DNA from: Minisyncoccota bacterium
GTDB taxonomy: Bacteria > Patescibacteriota > Minisyncoccia > Phycocordibacterales > PALSA-1337
Length of the DNA: 64,000 nucleotides
NCBI GenBank assembly: GCA_041671485.1
Contig: JBAZBL010000001.1
Coordinates: forward strand, 23,037 to 87,036
Direction of reading: 5' to 3'
Of the stretch, positions 56,131-64,000 are shown one piece after another (position 1 is the stretch's first letter; the number at the start of each line of letters is the position of its first letter). The position numbers were made by a program, and so were the translations under genes. The notes below the pieces were generated by a model. The model was not told the DNA's origin. It was given only the letters and a program-made list of their open reading frames with translations, and did not search any database.

Positions 56131-57174
56131 CTATGCTCTTTTCCACTCCTCTATATCAGGATGAAAATCAACTTGATACTCTGGGATTCCTAGAGAGATT
56201 CCATATTCTTTAGCTTCGTTGTACTGGTCTTTACTTTTCCTGTCTATGAGAAATACCTTGTTTTTGAAAATAATATAGTGATGTGATTCACTCTTGAAAT
56301 CTGCATACCAATTATATTTACTATCGAGGGCTTTGGATATTTCCTCTGCCACCTCTTTTGATTCTTTTACTGGGATTATGACTGAGTGCATTGTCCATTG
56401 AGATACCCATGGAGTTTTATGCTCATCAGTGACTTTTTCAATTTCTGTTGAGATAATTTCGATTTTCTTAAGTATATCCTTATTTTCCAGAGACTCATCA
56501 ATAATTACTCCCTTAAATGGTTGTTTTCGGAGCAATTTCTTTAGGTCACTTTCTACTAGGACTCTTTGTGTGTCAGTATTTGATATCATAGATTGGAGTG
56601 GCTTAGTCGAATTCTTGGGATTAGACTTGTCCTCAATAGAAAAACCGATATACTCCACGTGCTTTTTCTTCCGGTCACGCACCCACTTGATAGCAGGGAG
56701 GAGATCAGCGTCAGAACTTACGACAATAGCTATATCATATACATTCTCAACTGCCCCTACGATGAGATCTGTGGCGAGCATGACATCAATACCTTTTTCT
56801 CTTTTTCGCTCGTATGTTATTTCGGTGATACCAGCTTTTTTGAGTTTCTGATATTCTTTCATGCGATCATCTACAGTTATAGTTTCAGTGCGGGTTTTCA
56901 ATTTGCTTGTGCGTAATATCCAGCCATACTTCTTGAGTTCGGCAAAAAACCTCGTCTGTCGTGCCATTGAATATTTTGATTTGAGATTTCCTTCTTGTTC
57001 CCGGACTGTACCGATGTAGTAGCGCTTGTGACCAGATGAGATAGTTTTGCCGTTCGCAAGAAGTGCGGTGAATGCTTCAAAATCAAAACCGAGTTCTGAT
57101 ACCCCGATCTTCTTCAGGGCTATATGGTGGAGATTCCCTCCGTCTATAAAAATGGCAGCTCGGTTCTTATTCAT
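56131..57174 (-). CDS. NYN-domain (PIN-like) nuclease fused to a C-terminal uncharacterised domain
   Basis: IFIDGGN, EKGIDV.LA.D and VVSSDADL.PA catalytic motifs, plus an extra ~130-aa C-terminal domain. Confidence 0.85.
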   Translation of the reverse strand: MNKNRAAIFIDGGNLHHIALKKIGVSELGFDFEAFTALLANGKTISSGHKRYYIGTVREQEGNLKSKYSMARQTRFFAELKKYGWILRTSKLKTRTETITVDDRMKEYQKLKKAGITEITYERKREKGIDVMLATDLIVGAVENVYDIAIVVSSDADLLPAIKWVRDRKKKHVEYIGFSIEDKSNPKNSTKPLQSMISNTDTQRVLVESDLKKLLRKQPFKGVIIDESLENKDILKKIEIISTEIEKVTDEHKTPWVSQWTMHSVIIPVKESKEVAEEISKALDSKYNWYADFKSESHHYIIFKNKVFLIDRKSKDQYNEAKEYGISLGIPEYQVDFHPDIEEWKRA

Positions 57175-57331
57175 GGATATATTGACTGAATCATATCAAA
57201 AAAACGGCTAATAACAAAACTCGCACACACATTGCTGTGGCGCGAGTGACTTGTACTTATAGCATTACAAATAACGTTGCAGAAGTCAAGGGATTACATG
57301 AGGATACAGAAAAGGGAAGTGTCAGTATTTT

Positions 57332-57459
57332 GATATAACATATATTCAACACAGGGTAATACAGCATTTGGTAAATATCTTTATGAGAAGTATGGAACAG
57401 ATCCATGGAGCGCGTCCAAGAAGTGTTGGAATCAGGCGGGTGATCTCGCGAAGAAGTAA
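57332..57459 (+). repeat. 128-bp direct repeat of the SLT-like gene 3' end (54639-54766)
   Basis: Identical except for 2 substitutions; ends at the same TAA. Confidence 0.95.
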
Positions 57460-57630
57460 TCTAAACTAATTGCACTAATAGCAATTTCAAAAAACACAAA
57501 AGGCTCCACGAAATGGAGTCTTTTGTGTTGGAAAAAATGAATACTTTGTTAAAGTTTCTGCCAAAAATACTTCCAACACATTTTTTCATCGTTGGGAACT
57601 TCACAGAAATTTTTTGTTTGATACAATTAC

Positions 57631-58245
57631 GTGATGATGAAGCAAGAAATCATTCAACAACTCCACAGAAACTTTGATGATTACGTCCAGAAGACTGACG
57701 GTGGAGTTGAATTTTGGTTTGCCCGTGATTTGCAGGTGTTGCTTGGATATGACGAGTGGCGTAATTTCCTTAAGGTTGTTGAGAAGGCCAAAATTGCGTG
57801 TAAAAAAAGTGGTTTAGTCATTGAGGATCAATTTGTTGATGTCAACAAGATGATCGTTGCCGGTAAAGGAGCGGAGCGCGAAATTGATGACATTTCACTA
57901 ACCCGTTACGCCTGTTATCTCATTGCACAAAATGGTGACCCTAACAAAGAACCTATCGCTTTTGCTATGGCCTATTTCGCGATACAGACGCGCAAACAGG
58001 AACTGATCGAAAAAAGATTGAACGAACTGGAAAGATTAACTCTTCGTGAAAAACTTTCTGGTTCAGAGAAACTATTGTCCGGAATCATGTACGAACGGGG
58101 TGTTGATAGTGCTGGTTTCGCACGCATTAGAAGCAAGGGGGATCAGGCTCTATTTGGTGGTAGAACAACTTTAGATATGAAAAATAAACTAAATAAATTA
58201 GTCATACGTTTACCTTCAGTCTATCGATATGAACTACAAAGGTAA
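57631..58245 (+). CDS. dinD: DinD-like (BRO-N domain) DNA-damage-inducible protein, probably C-terminally truncated
   Basis: EFWFARDLQ.LLGY..WRNF, LTRYACYLIAQNGDP.K..IAFA..YFA.QTR and GD.ALFGG motifs. Confidence 0.75.
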   Translation: MMMKQEIIQQLHRNFDDYVQKTDGGVEFWFARDLQVLLGYDEWRNFLKVVEKAKIACKKSGLVIEDQFVDVNKMIVAGKGAEREIDDISLTRYACYLIAQNGDPNKEPIAFAMAYFAIQTRKQELIEKRLNELERLTLREKLSGSEKLLSGIMYERGVDSAGFARIRSKGDQALFGGRTTLDMKNKLNKLVIRLPSVYRYELQR

Positions 58246-58456
58246 GAGTCCACAAGTTGGCGGCCCTCTTGTTCATACCTATTACTCCAAAGATGAATTC
58301 ATAAAGAAATGTGCAGAGTGGGGAATAGATATTATTGAATATTCAAACTGTGGTTTCTGTCAGAAAACTATTTATGGTTCGTGTACATTCAGAGATGGAA
58401 AACTTTGTTGTTATAGTTGTGAGTTGAAAACAGAACATAAAAAAGTTCAGGGATAA
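58229..58456 (+). CDS. Small Cys-rich hypothetical protein
   Basis: 75 aa with CxxC...C...CCxxC; overlaps the dinD end. Confidence 0.4.
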   Translation: MNYKGKSPQVGGPLVHTYYSKDEFIKKCAEWGIDIIEYSNCGFCQKTIYGSCTFRDGKLCCYSCELKTEHKKVQG

Positions 58457-58563
58457 TAATTACCGGAACATTCTGTGCTAGAGGGGATAGTGGTGATGCG
58501 CCAGCCTTGGCCAGATTTATCCTCTACATACCATGTCGCACAATATATGTTGGGTACACTATA

Positions 58564-58911
58564 TCATCTAACTATGGGGAGGAGGGGTGAAGTGGTCGAC
58601 ATCTTTGGTACTTGATCTCTTGTAATAGCTGGACCGCCATCCTTCATCCTATCTATCGTAGTGAAGAATGGATCCCATATATATGGCAAGAAGAATTTGT
58701 CCCAAAGATATGTTGCAGGTCTCTTCAGATAGTCATTCCAGCCAACTACAACCAATTCTTTGGCATAGATGAGGTTATCATGGACTACAGGAGAAGCTAC
58801 AATGTTCCTTAGATTGAAACCAAAGTATCCTAGAATGATGAGAATAGCGACAATAAATATGACTGTTCTCAATAGCCCTCCCCTTCTGTAATAAATTTTT
58901 TTTGAATTCAT
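58564..58911 (-). CDS. Small membrane protein
   Basis: Hydrophobic segment 'IFIVAILIILGYFGFNLR'. Confidence 0.65.
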   Translation of the reverse strand: MNSKKIYYRRGGLLRTVIFIVAILIILGYFGFNLRNIVASPVVHDNLIYAKELVVVGWNDYLKRPATYLWDKFFLPYIWDPFFTTIDRMKDGGPAITRDQVPKMSTTSPLLPIVR

Positions 58912-58963
58912 TTGTGAGACTTAAATGATTAATCAATATAATTATCTTATTAATAGCAAAAAA

Positions 58964-60274
58964 TTACAAATAGGAAAGTGGATTGAGATATGCTTTGAAA
59001 TCAGCGAGTGGTATAAGTGCACCTGCACAATTCCTGCTTTGCCCAGCAGTAAGCTTCTGGATCTCTACACCCTCTGTAGCATATACACCAAAGTGTAGAT
59101 GTGGCCCTGTAGTGTATCCTGTATTACCTGTGTAACCAACGATTTGTCCTACTGAAACATCCTGACCTTTTTGTACTGATTGAAGTGATAAATGAGCATA
59201 TAGTGTTGATAAACCATTTACATGTTTGATCATGACCCATTTACCATATGAATAACATCCTCTCACCAAATCTGTATTGCCGACACCTATGACAGTACCT
59301 GATAGAGATGCCTTTATAGGTGTTCCTATAGATGCCCTGAAGTCTATACCATTATGCCCCTTCCCTCCATAAACTTGTGGATTTGCTGTAGCAAAAGATG
59401 TATTGCCGAAATATTGAGTAATAAATACTTTATCGAGTGGCCAAGACAATACACCAGATCCGGTGCTAGGTAATTTTGAAGCATCAACTGCCAGTTTCAA
59501 TTGTGATTCATAAGCTAGTACTTCCCTTTCGAATGCTTCTTTTTGGGCCAACTTTTCAGACATCATCTTTTTGTATTGGGATTCTGATTGTTTTGTTTCC
59601 TTGAGAAGAGTATTTTTCTCTGATTGAGTATCTATTACAACTTGCCTCTGGTCTTTGAGTTGCTTATTCAACCTTATCAATTCATCTTTTGCTTTCTCTG
59701 TCGCTTTTTTATTTGCTTCAAGATTGGATTTCACTAGACGTAGATTCTCGATGCGCTTCAAAAGGCTTCCTTGTATTGAACTTAATTCATCCATAGAATT
59801 CCATGCAGAAAGTAATGAATTGCTACTTAATAAAACCTCTATTAGCGATTGATCTTCTGTTCTCTGTATAAGTGCCAATGAATGAGATATTATCCTTTTA
59901 TCATCTATTATAGTATCTTCTTTATTTATAATTTCCGAAGACAATCCTTGTATTTCATCATTCTTTACCCCTATCTTATTCTCTGTGAGCTGGATATCAG
60001 CCTTCAATTTCTTCTCTGTAAGATCAAGTGATTTGACTGTTGCAGATAATGTATTCACTTCTTTACCTAGATCCTCAATCTCTTTTTGATATCCTAGAAT
60101 CTCTTTCTCAAGATTTTGTATATCTGTATTCCTCTGATCTATTTTTTCCTGCAATTGAGAAGCTGTTTGCGCATTGGAATTTGGTATAGTAAATATGAGT
60201 AAACAAAATAGTGCAAAGAATAAAAATAATACTCCGACATTTGAAATTTGAAATTTGAAATTTGAAATTCTCAC
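58964..60274 (-). CDS. Coiled-coil + M23 peptidase (EnvC-like murein hydrolase activator)
   Basis: Signal/TM segment, long coiled coil, HNGIDF, YAHLS and TGPHLHF motifs. Confidence 0.92.
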   Translation of the reverse strand: MRISNFKFQISNVGVLFLFFALFCLLIFTIPNSNAQTASQLQEKIDQRNTDIQNLEKEILGYQKEIEDLGKEVNTLSATVKSLDLTEKKLKADIQLTENKIGVKNDEIQGLSSEIINKEDTIIDDKRIISHSLALIQRTEDQSLIEVLLSSNSLLSAWNSMDELSSIQGSLLKRIENLRLVKSNLEANKKATEKAKDELIRLNKQLKDQRQVVIDTQSEKNTLLKETKQSESQYKKMMSEKLAQKEAFEREVLAYESQLKLAVDASKLPSTGSGVLSWPLDKVFITQYFGNTSFATANPQVYGGKGHNGIDFRASIGTPIKASLSGTVIGVGNTDLVRGCYSYGKWVMIKHVNGLSTLYAHLSLQSVQKGQDVSVGQIVGYTGNTGYTTGPHLHFGVYATEGVEIQKLTAGQSRNCAGALIPLADFKAYLNPLSYL

Positions 60275-61608
60275 ATCAGTTTACTTATTGCCAGATCTAT
60301 TCTGACCAGTGATTCGTCTTTACCAAGAATATATGCAGAGCTAAATGGATCTGGTGACTTCTCTTGGCCCGTAAGAGCAAATCTAAATGGCCATAAGACG
60401 TCACCTTTGCCATTCCCTTCTGCATATGGCCAGATTGCACTCTTCACTACTTCACTGGTGAAATTATCTTTGGCAATTGTATCTAATAATTTCTTTATCT
60501 CTTTCAAATGATTTGAAGCTATTTCTTTATTTGGATTCTTTTTCCACAAAAGAGAGTCAGCAGTATATTCTCCTAGGTCTTGAATAAAATTCATCTCACT
60601 TCCCTTCTCAAAAATTTTTGCTATATCACCGAAAGAATGTATTTTCTCACGAATGATATGTAATGCTCTGCCAAATAATTCTGGCTTATTGGAGAGCCAT
60701 TTAGGGACAAATTTAGAGCAATGATCTATAAAATCTTCATTGCTCAACTTTGACATATATTGTTTATTGAACCAGTCCAATTTTTCTCTATTGAATACTG
60801 CTCCGGCTTTTTGTACCTTTTCAATATTGAATTTCTCAATCATTTGATCGATACTCAATATCTCTTCATCATTTCCTGGATTCCAGCCGAGTAAGACTAG
60901 AAAATTGAGCAGTGCATCCCTCAAATATCCTTGTTCTTTATAATATTCTACAGAAACTATTTCTCCATGCTTTCTCTTGGATATCTTTTCTCTATTCTCG
61001 GAAAGTATGAGTGGAATATGTGCATATCGAGGTAGTGACACTTCATTTATCGCTTCCCATATGAGTATTTGTCTCGGAGTATTGGATAGATGCTCTTCAC
61101 CACGTATCACATGAGTTATGCCTGAAGTGATATCATCAACGACGTTCGATAGATGGAAAATAGGTTCATCGAGACTTTTGGCAATAACAAAATCACCTAG
61201 TTCTGTAGTATTGAACTTGACTTGACCTTTTATGATATCATCTACCGTAACATCTTTATTTGGATTCTTGAATCTTATAACTTCATTCCTATCTCCTTCT
61301 TTTTTTATTTCTTCTTTGGAAATATATGCTTTTCCAGATGATATGAGTTTTTCTATGTATTTCCTATGAATTGGGAAATTGTCAGATTGTTTGTATGTCA
61401 GATCGAAACCTATACCAAGCCATTTGAATGCATCGGTAATTCCTGTAATATATTCTTCTTTATTCCTCTCTATATCTGTATCTTCTATCCTCAATATGAT
61501 TTGCCCGCCATTTTGCTTTGCAAAAAGATAATTGAACAATGCCGAACGAGCTCCTCCTACATGGAGAAAGCCAGTTGGTGATGGTGCAAAACGGGTAATG
61601 ACTTTCAT
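60271..61608 (-). CDS. gltX: Glutamate--tRNA ligase
   Basis: RFAPSPTGFLHVGG, LRIEDTD, ITHVIRGEEH and KISKR motifs. Confidence 0.97.
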   Translation of the reverse strand: MKVITRFAPSPTGFLHVGGARSALFNYLFAKQNGGQIILRIEDTDIERNKEEYITGITDAFKWLGIGFDLTYKQSDNFPIHRKYIEKLISSGKAYISKEEIKKEGDRNEVIRFKNPNKDVTVDDIIKGQVKFNTTELGDFVIAKSLDEPIFHLSNVVDDITSGITHVIRGEEHLSNTPRQILIWEAINEVSLPRYAHIPLILSENREKISKRKHGEIVSVEYYKEQGYLRDALLNFLVLLGWNPGNDEEILSIDQMIEKFNIEKVQKAGAVFNREKLDWFNKQYMSKLSNEDFIDHCSKFVPKWLSNKPELFGRALHIIREKIHSFGDIAKIFEKGSEMNFIQDLGEYTADSLLWKKNPNKEIASNHLKEIKKLLDTIAKDNFTSEVVKSAIWPYAEGNGKGDVLWPFRFALTGQEKSPDPFSSAYILGKDESLVRIDLAISKLM

Positions 61609-61843
61609 ATGGGTATTATAGCAAGAAAGTATATGAATTTCTTTATGCTAGAGTTATCAACAACAAGTAAATTTGACTATATATATCCAATTTGTTAGTC
61701 TTTAATTAGAAGTATGCAATAATAACTTACGAGGTGCTCCGATGTTCCCTCAGAATATCTGGGGCTTGAGTTGGAGAACACCACCTTGTGAGACGCTACT
61801 TCTAACAAAGAACCCCTTTCCACTTCGGTCAGGGATTTTTTGT

Positions 61844-62509
61844 TTATATTATAATCGATTTTCCATTGAACAATTCCCTCCCCTTTCCAATAATATTTTT
61901 CTTCAGAATTTTGAAACATTCCTCACCTAGTTTTCCTTTTTCAAGATATCGTGCCAAAGCTCCTGCAATCCAGTCGGCAATTTGAATATTCACTACCGCA
62001 GTTGAATCAACCATTTCAATTTGTAAAACTACACCCTTTGGCAAGGATGGTAACAGACGAGCTTTTAGGACTTCCTTGAATTCTGTCTCGGACATACCAC
62101 TCAATCTTCTACGGTCGCAGAAAACACGAAACTCTTTATCAGTTGTCGGTAAATATGATGTTAGTATTTCGCCGACTATATTTGTATATAAAAGTCCGCT
62201 CTGTAATTTATTTTTATGATGATACTCTGCTGGAATATTTCTATGAAGTAAATAGGCAAAATGTATTCGAACATCTAGTTTTGAAATCTCTCTCAAAGTC
62301 TTTAGGCGTAAGGCATCAGAAAATCCGGTACTTGCCCATTTAATCTCACTCAGATCACGCATCTTTCTAGGAAAATGGCCACGAAGCCATGCTCGAAATC
62401 CCTTTGCTGTTCGCCGAACATTGCCAACAGTAAATGAAGCAACAATAAAATAGTTTTTATTACTGTACTTGGAAAATTGTCCACTTTCATCAAGAAAAAT
62501 ATATGGCAT
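61844..62509 (-). CDS. DUF3800-family protein (RNase H-like fold)
   Basis: YIFLDESG, EIK and DS.....IQIAD..AG motifs. Confidence 0.85.
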   Translation of the reverse strand: MPYIFLDESGQFSKYSNKNYFIVASFTVGNVRRTAKGFRAWLRGHFPRKMRDLSEIKWASTGFSDALRLKTLREISKLDVRIHFAYLLHRNIPAEYHHKNKLQSGLLYTNIVGEILTSYLPTTDKEFRVFCDRRRLSGMSETEFKEVLKARLLPSLPKGVVLQIEMVDSTAVVNIQIADWIAGALARYLEKGKLGEECFKILKKNIIGKGRELFNGKSIII

Positions 62510-62587
62510 GTAGCAAATATGCTAACGTAAATTAGAATCTCCAGCAACTTAAAAGAGAATAGAAAACATGTTATAATATCTCAGTAT

Positions 62588-63370
62588 ATGGAAGTCTCAT
62601 TTAATGATCTACCAGTTGGACCATATTCAGAAGAAATGTGGCGAAAACAATGGCATGGCGTTACAAAGCCTCGCGGTGTTGCCGAAGGTAGACTTTCAGT
62701 AGTTGAACTTCACAATGAGCATGTCCTCTGTGTCACCTGCTTAAAAGATAAGTGTGGCCCTGATCAAGGTGGAACATCATGGAGTTCTTGTTTTGATAAG
62801 TCTTACGAAGAGGCAACGGTTGAATATAAGGTGAGGATTAGCAGTGACTTTGACTATAAGCGAGGCGGTAAACTTCCGGGATTTTGTGGTGGTTCAAGCC
62901 CTATGGGAGGAAGGAATACGACTGATGGATTTTCCGCACGAGTAATGTGGAGAGAGTTGGGTATGATGACTCAGTATGTATATTATTTGGAAAAAGATAC
63001 GACGAAACAATGGGGACAAGATTTTATCTGGACTAAAGCAGAAAACAAACAAGTTCCGATCACTTCTCACATGTGGAAAATGTGGGACACCTTAAAGACA
63101 CATCATGAAGATAGGGTGTATTTGACACATAGGGTATGGCATACAATAAAAACTTATATCAAAATGAATACTCCAGACAAAGAAGATAGTAAACTTATTT
63201 CTTGATTCGATGGAGATGAAGTCGCCAATCTAACATTACGCTTTAGAAATGATAAATCATTTGGTATAGATGCATTCAAATTTGCAGTATTTTTTGGCAG
63301 GAATGATGAAACATGGGCACCAGAAAAAGACGAAAAGATTTACTTCAAAGATTTCAAATTTTCTTTCTAA
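62588..63370 (+). pseudogene. Polysaccharide-lyase-like (PL14-type) gene interrupted by an in-frame TGA at 63203-63205
   Basis: FDY.RGGKLPG, GFSAR.MWR and YVY motifs; after the TGA the frame continues FDG...FFG.ND..WAP...YF.DF to TAA 63370. Confidence 0.7.
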
Positions 63371-63394
63371 AAGATATCTAGTAACCTTTCTCAC

Positions 63395-63429
63395 AATCAA
63401 AAAACCAGTATAAAACTGGTTTTTTGATT
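63395..63429. terminator. Bidirectional intrinsic terminator
   Basis: AATCAAAAAACCAGT / ACTGGTTTTTTGATT between convergent genes. Confidence 0.75.
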
Positions 63430-63448
63430 CACATAATGTGAGAGTATA

Positions 63449-63949
63449 CTATCCCTTGACCTCCGAATCTGCAGACGTAGTTGCGCGGAATATCTTCATG
63501 ATGACGCTGCCATTTTTGTCTTTGACAGTCGTATCTTTTGTAATGTCAAATAATCCATTACCATCGTCCTTATACATAACTGCATAGTATGTAGCACCAT
63601 CCAAGGTTGGTTCTGTAAGAGTAACTTTGCCTGGATTGATACCTACTGCAAATATAGTCTTACCAATAACCTTGCCCGGCTTACCTGCATCATCCTTTTG
63701 TACAACTACCCATGAAGGATTCTCTGCTTGTACAGATGATATATATACTACATCACCTGGGAATTGATCACTCATTATTATACGGTTTACAGGTTGAGTT
63801 GGTATTTCTGTATTTGGTGTTTCTGTAGTAACTGGAGCTTCGGTCTTTTTGCCACCAAAGACGAATATACCAATAATGATAAGTGCAATAATAACTATCA
63901 CAGTAACTACCCATTGCCATGTCTTCACACCATTTGTTTCTGGTTGCAT
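63449..63949 (-). CDS. Membrane-anchored extracytoplasmic protein
   Basis: N-terminal TM segment; 'DQ.PG..V....V......WVV...G.PG..IG' and 'YYAVMY.DDG' motifs. Confidence 0.65.
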   Translation of the reverse strand: MQPETNGVKTWQWVVTVIVIIALIIIGIFVFGGKKTEAPVTTETPNTEIPTQPVNRIIMSDQFPGDVVYISSVQAENPSWVVVQKDDAGKPGKVIGKTIFAVGINPGKVTLTEPTLDGATYYAVMYKDDGNGLFDITKDTTVKDKNGSVIMKIFRATTSADSEVKG

Positions 63950-64000
63950 TTTATTAAAATTATTTATAATTAACTGATAATTCGACTTTGTTTATTTTGC

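Noticed and set aside
63203-63205. Alternative genetic code (TGA as Gly or Trp)
   Set aside because: Long conserved genes contain no internal TGA and several end in TGA (e.g. the DEAD helicase and mnmA).
1-64000. CRISPR array or cas genes
   Set aside because: There is no run of equal-length repeats with unique spacers; the repeats found are dispersed hairpins or two-copy duplications.

Overview
AT-rich bacterial chromosome segment read with the standard code 11. Gene content points to Patescibacteria/CPR (Parcubacteria-like): short IF-2 and L13, a sigma70-r4/HARE-HTH protein, domain-inserted LeuRS and a large Ig-like surface protein; this taxonomic placement is inference. It carries the end of the ribosomal protein cluster (infA-rpmJ-rpsM-rpsK-rpsD-rpoA-rplQ-rplM-rpsI), housekeeping genes (grpE, zwf, ychF, leuS, mltG, mnmA, clpB, alr, rpmG, miaA, parB, topA, rbfA, infB, rmuC, rplU, recR, dnaB, cysS, corA, rplI, rpmA, gltX), 8 tRNA genes, a type II restriction-modification pair, a RelE/HigA-type toxin-antitoxin pair and several small accessory islets. 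The most striking signal is a set of small structured DNA elements with no transposase in the window. (1) A family of ~80-90 bp GC-rich palindromic elements with covarying stems and a GCGAAGC apex sits in frame inside leuS, topA and infB, and unrelated in-frame hairpins occur in mnmA, miaA, topA and alr. (2) Elements of 135-184 bp behind tRNA-Pro, tRNA-Tyr and tRNA-Leu rebuild the acceptor/T stems of their own host tRNA around a structured core. (3) A four-helix-bundle gene is enclosed by inverted heptamer repeats between two tRNAs. (4) Gene 3'-end duplications (ychF and an SLT-like gene) bracket small islets.
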